A DNA stretch of 64,000 nucleotides from Myxococcota bacterium (GTDB taxonomy: Bacteria; Myxococcota_A; UBA796; SXON01). A model generated the notes under the pieces. The model worked only from the letters and a program-made list of their open reading frames with translations, did no database searches and was not told where the DNA came from. The translations under genes were made by a program, and so were the position numbers. The stretch is from the NCBI GenBank assembly GCA_040386535.1, contig JAZKFH010000076.1, positions 1-64,000 of the forward strand, in the 5' to 3' direction. Positions 19,416 to 26,795 of the stretch are shown in pieces (within the stretch, counting starts at the first letter, position 1; every line of letters starts with the position of its first letter).

Positions 19416-19862
19416 TTGGCCGAGCGCGTGCTGACCGGCATCGACACGAACATCCTGGTGTACGCGCTCAATGCGGACGCGCCGGAGCATGCCGCGGCGC
19501 GCGCGTTCCTCGACGCCAGGAAGCACGACTCGGACACCGTACTGAGCGAGCTCGTGCTCGTCGAGCTGTACGTACTGCTCCGCAACCCCGCGGTGTTCCG
19601 GCAGCCTCTGGGCAGCGCGCCCGCGGTGGCGATGGTCGAGCGGTTCCGGCGCCACCCCCGCTGGCAGCTGGTCGACCACGATCCCACGATCATGGGGGAG
19701 TTGTGGGTGGCCGCGGCCGCGCCGGACTTCGCGCGGAGCCGCATTTTCGACGCGCGCTTGGCGCTGGGGCTCCGCGTTCACGGCGTGCGCGCCTTTGCCA
19801 CGGCCAACGTGAAGCACTTTGGCGGGTGCGGATTCGACCGGGTCTGGAACCCCCTCGGGTGA
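19416..19862 (+). CDS. vapC: PIN-domain toxin (VapC family)
   Basis: IDTNILVYA, E, FDA and T.N.KHF PIN motifs. Confidence 0.9.
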   Translation: MAERVLTGIDTNILVYALNADAPEHAAARAFLDARKHDSDTVLSELVLVELYVLLRNPAVFRQPLGSAPAVAMVERFRRHPRWQLVDHDPTIMGELWVAAAAPDFARSRIFDARLALGLRVHGVRAFATANVKHFGGCGFDRVWNPLG

Positions 19863-20968
19863 CCGCCCCCCTCCTCACCCTCCTCCTCCTCGGCGCCACC
19901 CCCGCGGAGCCGCCCGTCGCGCCCCCACCGATCGTCGCCCCACCCCCCGACGTCATGCGCATCCACTTCATCGACGTGGGCCAGGGCGCCGCGACCCTGG
20001 TGGAGCTGCCGTGCGGCGCCATGCTCGTCGACACGGGCGGCGAGGACTCGGGGGACTGGCCCGGCGAGGGTGCCTTCCACAGCAACGCCGCGCTCGCGGC
20101 CTACCTGGCGGCGTTCTTCGCCCGGCGCGTCGACCTCCACGATCGGCTCGACGTCATGCTCCTCACGCACCCGCACATCGATCACGTGCGCGGCGCTCTG
20201 CCGACGCTGGAGGCGTACACCGTGGGCGCGCTCGTCGAGAACGGGCAGGTCCCCGAGCAGGAGGACGCCGCCCTGGCCATGGCCGCCGTGCGCGCGTGGG
20301 CCGAGGCGCACCCGGCGCTCAACACCCTCGTGGTCACGACGGACGACCTCCCCGCGGACGGCACCCCGCTCGCCTCGCCGGTGCTCGACCCGTTCGGGAT
20401 GTGCCGCGGCGTCGATCCGATCGTGGGCGCGCTCTGGGGCTACGTGCCGCGCGACCCGGGCTGGGGCGAGGACGACTACAACAAGCCCCGCTACCGCAAC
20501 GAGAACAACCACAGCGTCGTCACGCGTGTCGACTTCGGGGCGGCGAGCCTGCTCGTCACGGGGGACCTGGAGGAGGCCGCCATCCGCGACCTGGTGGGGG
20601 CCCGTGCGCCCGGCGCCCTCGACGTCGACATCTACGTGGTCGGCCACCACGGCTCCCACAACGGCACCACGCGCGAGCTGCTCGCCGCGATGAGCCCGGA
20701 GTGGGCGGTGCTGGAGGTGGGGCCGGCGGCGCGCCACGGCGCGTGGACCGCGTACCAATACGGACATCCCCGCCAGCCCGTCGTCGACCTGCTCCAGCAG
20801 GAGGTCTCGGGCAAACGGGACGCGGTCACCGCGCCGGTCGGCGTCACGATCCGGCGCTTCACCGACACCGTCATCGACGAGGCGATCTACGCCACGGGCT
20901 GGGACGGCACCGTGGTGCTCGAGGCCACGGCGGCGGGGGTGATCACCCGGGGCACGCCCGACCGCTGA
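19859..20968 (+). CDS. ComEC/Rec2-like metallo-beta-lactamase-fold hydrolase, exported
   Basis: FIDVGQG, THPHIDH, NNHS, TGD, GHHGS and YGHP motifs. Confidence 0.88.
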   Translation: MTAPLLTLLLLGATPAEPPVAPPPIVAPPPDVMRIHFIDVGQGAATLVELPCGAMLVDTGGEDSGDWPGEGAFHSNAALAAYLAAFFARRVDLHDRLDVMLLTHPHIDHVRGALPTLEAYTVGALVENGQVPEQEDAALAMAAVRAWAEAHPALNTLVVTTDDLPADGTPLASPVLDPFGMCRGVDPIVGALWGYVPRDPGWGEDDYNKPRYRNENNHSVVTRVDFGAASLLVTGDLEEAAIRDLVGARAPGALDVDIYVVGHHGSHNGTTRELLAAMSPEWAVLEVGPAARHGAWTAYQYGHPRQPVVDLLQQEVSGKRDAVTAPVGVTIRRFTDTVIDEAIYATGWDGTVVLEATAAGVITRGTPDR

Positions 20969-20985
20969 TCAAGCCGGACCGCCGA

Positions 20986-21507
20986 TCAGGGATGGCTGCG
21001 CGCCAGCGCGACGAGCTGCTGGACCACATTCCAGTTGCGCGCGGTCCCCAGCGGCTTGATCTTGAGCTTCGAGACGCCCTGCCCCTCGGGGTAGTACACG
21101 AACACCTCGCTGCCGGCCGCCGCCCACTCCTCGGGGGCGACGGACTTCGCCGCCATCGCGGTGGCGTGCGCCGCCGAGATCGGCTCCAGGAGGAAGACCA
21201 CGTGCAGGCGCGTGAGGTCCTCCGTCCGCGCGGCGAACGGGTGCGCTGTCGCGATGCGCGCGAGGTCGGCGTCGGTGCGGACGATCACGTCGATGGCGAG
21301 GCCGAGATCGTCCTCGAGCTGCTTGCGGATGCGCGCTTGCGACGTGGCGGGGGCCTCGTCGGTGCGGAACACCACGTTGCCGGACTGGATGTAGGTGACG
21401 GCGTCGGGGTAGCCCGCCGCCACGAACACGTCGCGGAGGGCCTCCTTGCGGATGCGATTGGTGGTGCCGACGTTCACGGCGCGGAGGAGAGCGATGGAGA
21501 CCGGCAT
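20986..21507 (-). CDS. DUF1697 family protein
   Basis: LLRAVNVG, TYIQSGNVVF and TARNWN. Confidence 0.88.
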   Translation of the reverse strand: MPVSIALLRAVNVGTTNRIRKEALRDVFVAAGYPDAVTYIQSGNVVFRTDEAPATSQARIRKQLEDDLGLAIDVIVRTDADLARIATAHPFAARTEDLTRLHVVFLLEPISAAHATAMAAKSVAPEEWAAAGSEVFVYYPEGQGVSKLKIKPLGTARNWNVVQQLVALARSHP

Positions 21508-21527
21508 CCCGACGTCGTAGCGCGGAG

Positions 21528-22301
21528 CTACTCGGCGGGCAGCGGGTCCAGGGCCAGCGTGTCGAGCACCTCGGCCAGCCGCGCGTTGATCTGGCTCGAC
21601 CAGCCGCCGCTCATCCCGTCGAACGCGAAGCGCTGGCGCGGATCGTCGAGGTCGAACCCGGCGTGTTCGACGTACAGGCGCGTACCGGACCCCTCGGCGA
21701 CCAGCCGCCACGTGACCGTGGTGTCGAGCGGCGGGTTCTTCCACGAGATGCGCAGGAGCGACGTGGGCTCGAGCGCGAGCACCTCACATTGCGTCGCGCC
21801 CCAGGCGCCGGTGTCGAGGGTGAACGTGTGGCCGACGACCGGCAAGAAATCGTTCTGCATCAACCACCGGCCGAGCAGCGCGGGGTCGGTCAGGGCGCGC
21901 CACACGCGGGCGGGCGGATGGGAGAGGAGCTGGTCGGCCTTGATGGTGGCGGTGTTCTTCATCACGGGTTCCTCGTCGGGGAGCGGGGTGTCGAGCAGCG
22001 GGTCGTCGAGCAGGGTGGAGAGGTCGAGGAGCTTGGACTTCCAGAAGCGCTCGTAGGCGCCCAGCCACGCGCCGACCTCGCGCAGGGGCGCGGCCTGGAG
22101 GTGGTAGTAGCGCTCGCGGCCGCGGGGCTCCTCGGTGACCAGCCCCGCGTCGAGCAGCACCTTGAGGTGCTCGGAGATCGCCGGCCGGCCCACCTCAAAC
22201 CCCGCGGCCAGCACCTTCACGGGCTTGGGGCCCTCACGGAGAAGGCCGAGCAGGTCGCGACGGATGGGGTTGGCGAGCGCGCCGAAGACGTCGGGGGGCA
22301 T
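21528..22301 (-). CDS. ArsR/SmtB regulator fused to an SRPBCC (AHA1) domain
   Basis: FGALANPIRR...ISEHLKVL..AGLV, followed by PPARVWRALTDP..L.RW. Confidence 0.88.
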   Translation of the reverse strand: MPPDVFGALANPIRRDLLGLLREGPKPVKVLAAGFEVGRPAISEHLKVLLDAGLVTEEPRGRERYYHLQAAPLREVGAWLGAYERFWKSKLLDLSTLLDDPLLDTPLPDEEPVMKNTATIKADQLLSHPPARVWRALTDPALLGRWLMQNDFLPVVGHTFTLDTGAWGATQCEVLALEPTSLLRISWKNPPLDTTVTWRLVAEGSGTRLYVEHAGFDLDDPRQRFAFDGMSGGWSSQINARLAEVLDTLALDPLPAE

Positions 22302-22412
22302 GCGCCCCTATACGTCGGAGATCTCCGACGCGTCAACAAGTTCCGACCAATCGCCCGACACGAGCCGCGCCGTCGCCGTCGGGGAGGCGCGCCGCGGGGT
22401 TAGCTTGAGACG

Positions 22413-22880
22413 GTGCATTCCCTCGATCCTCGCGTCGTGAACCTCTGGCGGTTGCAAGGCCTCACCCGGCTCGGCACCTTCTGGATCCCCGTCCTCCTCG
22501 TCGGCGCCGGCTGGCTCGGCTTCCAGTTCGGCGTGGCCGCCGCCGCGAGCGCCGCGGGCGTCCTCGCGCTGCTGCTCGGCGGGAGCACGCTCCTCTGGCC
22601 CGCGCTCGCGTGGCGTCGGTTCCGCTACGGCATTCGGAACGACGATCTGCTCGTGGAGAGCGGGGTCCTGTTCCGCCACACCGTCAGCATCCCGCTCGAC
22701 CGCATCCAGCACGTGGACACCCGCCAGGGCCCGCTCGAGCGCGCGTTCGGGCTGTCGCGGTTGGTGGTGTACACGGCCGCCGGCATGTCGGCCGACGGGT
22801 CGATCCCCGGCTTGGAAGAGGCCCAGGCCGACGCGCTGCGCGACACCCTCGTGCGTCGCCGAGGTGACGACGGTGTCTGA
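22413..22880 (+). CDS. bPH_2 domain membrane protein (YdbS-like)
   Basis: RIQHVDTRQGPLERAFGL. Confidence 0.88.
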   Translation: MHSLDPRVVNLWRLQGLTRLGTFWIPVLLVGAGWLGFQFGVAAAASAAGVLALLLGGSTLLWPALAWRRFRYGIRNDDLLVESGVLFRHTVSIPLDRIQHVDTRQGPLERAFGLSRLVVYTAAGMSADGSIPGLEEAQADALRDTLVRRRGDDGV

Positions 22881-24636
22881 CCCGATCCCCGCGGCCCCGC
22901 GGCGCGACGCGGTCGCCGAACGCAGCGCCCCCCTGGAGACCGGCGCGTGGCGCTCGCTCGAGCCCGCGTCCCTCTTGGTCAACCTCATCCCCGATCTCTG
23001 GCGCACGGCCCGGGGAGCCTGGCCGCTGCTGCTCGCCGTGTTCGTGGGCGGCGGCCTCGCCAACGTGGTCAACCTCGTCCTGATCGCGGGCTTCTTCGGC
23101 CTCGCGGTCGGCCGCACCGTGCTGCATTTCCTCACGCTCCGCTACCGGCTCCACGAGGGCAAGCTCGAGATCCAGACCGGCCTCATCGGCCGCCGCTTCC
23201 GCGTGATCGATCCGGCGCGCATCCAGAACGTCGAGATCGTCCAGAACATGTTCCACAAGCTCGCCGGGCTGGTCGAGCTGCGCGTCGAGACCGCGGGCGA
23301 CGCCGGCGCGGAGGGCATGCTCTCCGCCCTGTCGGTCAAGGACGCCAACCTGCTCCGCGAGCGCCTCCACGGCGCCTCGACCGGGGTCGCGGGGGCTCCG
23401 GCGGGCGTCGGCGCCGCGCCCGCGCCGGGCGAGGAGATCCTCGGCATCACGCTCCCCGAGCTCGTCGGCTACGGCGTGAGCGCCGGGCGCGTGGGCGCGG
23501 TCGTGCTCGCCTTCGGCGTCGGCATCGAGGTGCTCGGGCAGGTCTCGCCGAGCACGATGGCGCAGGGCTTCTCCTCCCTCCGGCCGGGCGCCGCCATCGG
23601 CCTCGGCCTCGTCGCGCTCGCGGGCGGCTACACCTTCTCGGTCGCCGGCACCATCCTCCGCCACTCGGGCTTCCGCCTCTTCCGCTCCCCGCGCGGCCTG
23701 CGCTTCGAGTCGGGGCTGCTGACCCGGCGCGGCGTCGAGATGCCGCTGAGCAAGGTGCAGGTGGTGCGGGTCGACGAGCCGTGGATGCGCCGCCTCATGG
23801 GCTACGGCACGATCGTCGTGGAGACCGCCGCCTCCGGCGTCCCCGGCGAGGCGACGGCCCCCGAGGGCCTGCTCCCCATGGTCCCCGCGGAGGACCAGGC
23901 CGCCATCGCCGCCGTCATCCTCCCCACGCTCGACGTGGACCCCTGGGCCCGGCCGCTGCTCCCGCCGGCTCCCCGCGCGCTCGTGCGGGCTGTCATCGGT
24001 GGGGCCGTGCGCTGGGCCTTCTTCGGCGCGCTGCTCGCGTGGTGGGCCGGCCCGGCGGCGTTCCTGCTCATCGGGGTCGGGGTGCTCCTCGGCTGGCTCG
24101 ACTGGCGGCGCCAGGGCTGGCTCGTCACCCCGGGCTTCGTCGTGTCGCGCGGGGGTTTTCTCACCCGCCGCACGTGGATCGTGCCGCGCAGCAAGATCCA
24201 GTCGGTCCACCTGCTGTCCGACCCGCTGCTGCGGCGGCACGGGCTCGCGCGCGTCGTGGTGTGGGTCGCGGGCACCAGCGTGGGGCTCCCGGCCCTCCGC
24301 GAGGCCGATGCCGCCGCGATCTTCACCGACCTCGGGCGCCGGCCCAAGGGCGTGGCGCCCACCAGGCCGTCAGCTGATGAGCCAGTGGCAGGCGGCGACC
24401 GCGGCGAGCACGCCGGAGATGTCGGAGGCGAGGCCGGTGGGGACGGCGTGGCGCGTCTTGAGGATGTTCACGGCGCCGAAGTACACCGCGAGCACGTAGA
24501 AGGTGGTCTCGGTGGTGCCCTGCATCGTCCCGGCGACCTGGGCGATGAACGTGTCGGGGCCGTAGGTGGTGGTGATCTCGGTGGTGAGGGCGTAGGCGCC
24601 GGACCCCGAGAGCGGCCGGAGGAGCGCGAGGGGTAG
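22873..24636 (+). CDS. Multi-bPH_2 membrane protein (YdbT-like); 3' end overlaps the convergent gene
   Basis: Three bPH_2 repeats (RIQNV, KVQVV, KIQSV). The homologous part appears to end near 24340. Confidence 0.82.
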   Translation: MSDPIPAAPRRDAVAERSAPLETGAWRSLEPASLLVNLIPDLWRTARGAWPLLLAVFVGGGLANVVNLVLIAGFFGLAVGRTVLHFLTLRYRLHEGKLEIQTGLIGRRFRVIDPARIQNVEIVQNMFHKLAGLVELRVETAGDAGAEGMLSALSVKDANLLRERLHGASTGVAGAPAGVGAAPAPGEEILGITLPELVGYGVSAGRVGAVVLAFGVGIEVLGQVSPSTMAQGFSSLRPGAAIGLGLVALAGGYTFSVAGTILRHSGFRLFRSPRGLRFESGLLTRRGVEMPLSKVQVVRVDEPWMRRLMGYGTIVVETAASGVPGEATAPEGLLPMVPAEDQAAIAAVILPTLDVDPWARPLLPPAPRALVRAVIGGAVRWAFFGALLAWWAGPAAFLLIGVGVLLGWLDWRRQGWLVTPGFVVSRGGFLTRRTWIVPRSKIQSVHLLSDPLLRRHGLARVVVWVAGTSVGLPALREADAAAIFTDLGRRPKGVAPTRPSADEPVAGGDRGEHAGDVGGEAGGDGVARLEDVHGAEVHREHVEGGLGGALHRPGDLGDERVGAVGGGDLGGEGVGAGPRERPEEREG

Positions 24637-25605
24637 GACCTCGGGCGGCATCCCGACCAGCCGCACGGCGGGCGCCACGAACGCGACGGCCGCGTCCAGC
24701 GCGCCGCTCGCACGGAGCATGCCGACCGCGGTGAGGATGGCGACCAGGTACGGGATGATCCGCGTCGCCGAGGCGAACCCGTCCTTCGCGCCCTCGATGA
24801 ACACCTCGTACACCTTGACCCGCCGCACCACGCCGATCGTGAGCATGCCGAGGATCAACATCGGGATGATCCACGCGCTCGCGGGCTTGACGAAGAACAC
24901 GGTGACGACGAGGGTGGCGAACCCCGCGGCGATGGCCACGAGCGGGATCAGGTCGAGCCAGCTCTCCTTCACCGCGTGCACGTCGGGCGGCGAGGGCGCC
25001 GGAAACAGCCGCGAGAAGCCCTTGGCCGCCAGCACGGCGACCACCGTGTTGAAAACGCTCGCGACGAGCGTCGGCACGAAGATCGACTCCGGGGCCGCCG
25101 ATCCCGCCGCGGCCCGCATCGCCATCACGCCCGTCGGGAGCACGGCCACGCCCGACGTGTTGATCGCGAGGAAGAGCACCATCGCGTTCGTGGCGGTGCC
25201 CGGGTGCTTGTTGAGCGTCTCGAGCTCCTGCATCGCCTTGATGCCGAACGGCGTCGCGGCGTTGCCGAGGCCCAGCACGTTGGCGCCGATGTTCATGACG
25301 ATCGCGCCCATCGCGGGGTGCGTCGGGGGCACGTCGGGGAACAGGCGCACCAGCACGGGGCGGATGAGCCGGGCCAGGGCGTCGAGCCCGCCCGCGGCCT
25401 CCACCACCTTCATCAGCCCGAGGAACAGCGTCATCGCGCCCGCGAGGGTGATCGCGAGCGTCACGCTCGCTTTGGCACCGTCGAACGCCGCGGTCCCGAC
25501 GGCAGCCATCTTCGTCGGCTCGGCGCCCGACACGGCGGCCACGATGTCCGTCCCACCCGCGCAGACCACGGCGGCGAGCACCAGCACGAAGAAGACGATG
25601 TTCAT
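24370..25605 (-). CDS. Fused SpmA/SpmB nucleoside-recognition (Gate) membrane protein
   Basis: ANVLGLGNAATPFGIKAM, LRPLSGSG and TETTFYVLAVYFG. Confidence 0.92.
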   Translation of the reverse strand: MNIVFFVLVLAAVVCAGGTDIVAAVSGAEPTKMAAVGTAAFDGAKASVTLAITLAGAMTLFLGLMKVVEAAGGLDALARLIRPVLVRLFPDVPPTHPAMGAIVMNIGANVLGLGNAATPFGIKAMQELETLNKHPGTATNAMVLFLAINTSGVAVLPTGVMAMRAAAGSAAPESIFVPTLVASVFNTVVAVLAAKGFSRLFPAPSPPDVHAVKESWLDLIPLVAIAAGFATLVVTVFFVKPASAWIIPMLILGMLTIGVVRRVKVYEVFIEGAKDGFASATRIIPYLVAILTAVGMLRASGALDAAVAFVAPAVRLVGMPPEVLPLALLRPLSGSGAYALTTEITTTYGPDTFIAQVAGTMQGTTETTFYVLAVYFGAVNILKTRHAVPTGLASDISGVLAAVAACHWLIS

Positions 25606-25739
25606 CCGACCCGTCTAATCCTCTTGACGCGGCAAGGGAGGTGTATAGCCGCCGTTCCGCGGGCGGAGCGCCCGGCCGCTCCCCGCCGGTCCCGTGATAC
25701 CGGCCCCGTTAGATCGACCCGCGTGCCCCCGGAGCCCCC

Positions 25740-26135
25740 GTGTACGTCCTGTTCCTCGATGAGTCGGGCTCGGCCCGCGCGCCGATCGCGGAGGCGCTGA
25801 TGCGCCAGATCGCGCCGTGGCACGAGGCCACCGCCGCCGGGTGGGTGCCCTCGCACGTGCGCCCCGAGATCAAGGAGGTCCTGGAGGAGGCCGGCGTGCA
25901 CACGACCGGCCTGCGCGCCCGCGGCCTCGCCCAGGTGCCGCTCGACGAGGTCGAGATCGTCGTCGCCTTCGTCCCCGACGAGGGGCGGCTGCGCGTGCCG
26001 GCCAAGGCCCGCCGCATCCAGTGGAACCTCCCCGACCCGCTCTCCTCGCCCCCCGACGAGCGGCTCGACGCGTGCCGTGCCGCGCGCGACGAGATCGAGC
26101 GTCGCATCAAGATCCTGGCCGAGGAGCTCGGATGA
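25740..26135 (+). CDS. ArsC/LMW-PTP-fold protein lacking the catalytic Cys
   Basis: VLFLDESGSARAPIAEA (normally CxxNxxRS), W.LPDP and RDEI. Confidence 0.8.
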   Translation: MYVLFLDESGSARAPIAEALMRQIAPWHEATAAGWVPSHVRPEIKEVLEEAGVHTTGLRARGLAQVPLDEVEIVVAFVPDEGRLRVPAKARRIQWNLPDPLSSPPDERLDACRAARDEIERRIKILAEELG

Positions 26136-26629
26136 TGCGCATGTTGCGGGACTGGGGCGCCGCGGTCGCCGTCGGCCTCGCCGTGTTCTTCCTCGTCGAC
26201 TGGCTCGCGACCGGCGCCGATCCCACCGGCGACACGGCCCCGCCCTTCGAGCTCGCCAACGCCGCGGGCGGCACCACGAAGCTGGCGGACTACGCCGGCA
26301 AGACCGTGGTGCTCAACTTCTGGGGGAGCTGGTGCGGGCCCTGCGTGCAGGAGATCCCCGAGTTCGCCGAGTGGGCCGCGCAGCACACGGACGTCCCCAT
26401 CCTCGGCATCGCCCAGGGCAGCGGCTCCGGCGCGAAGCTGGCGGCCAAGGCGAGCGATCTCGGCGTCACCTGGCCGGTGCTCGAGTCCGACTCCGCGGTG
26501 TTGAGCGCCTACAACGTGCAGGTCTACCCGACGACGGTCATCGTGGGCCCCGACGGCGCGATCCAGAGGGTGGTGCGCGGCGCCATCGATGCGAACGGGC
26601 TGGAGCGGGAGGTGGCGGCGGGGCGGTAG
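26132..26629 (+). CDS. TlpA/ResA thiol-disulfide oxidoreductase
   Basis: N-terminal TM, LNFWGSWCGPC and YPTT. Confidence 0.9.
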   Translation: MMRMLRDWGAAVAVGLAVFFLVDWLATGADPTGDTAPPFELANAAGGTTKLADYAGKTVVLNFWGSWCGPCVQEIPEFAEWAAQHTDVPILGIAQGSGSGAKLAAKASDLGVTWPVLESDSAVLSAYNVQVYPTTVIVGPDGAIQRVVRGAIDANGLEREVAAGR

Positions 26630-26795
26630 ATTCGGGCGGTCGGTCTGGGCGCGTCCCCGGCGAGGCGCCGGGGCCGGTCCCTTCTGGGCGCGGCCTGCGG
26701 CCTTGGTCGTCCGGGCCCGAGCGCCCGGACGGACCGGTCACGCGCTCCGGAGGCCGGAGCGCGCGCCCGCCCGCCAGGCACCTCGCGCCGGCCTA

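Noticed and set aside
24370..25605. Sporulation locus (spmAB, cotH)
   Set aside because: Both families are widespread in non-sporulating bacteria, and the genes are unlinked here.
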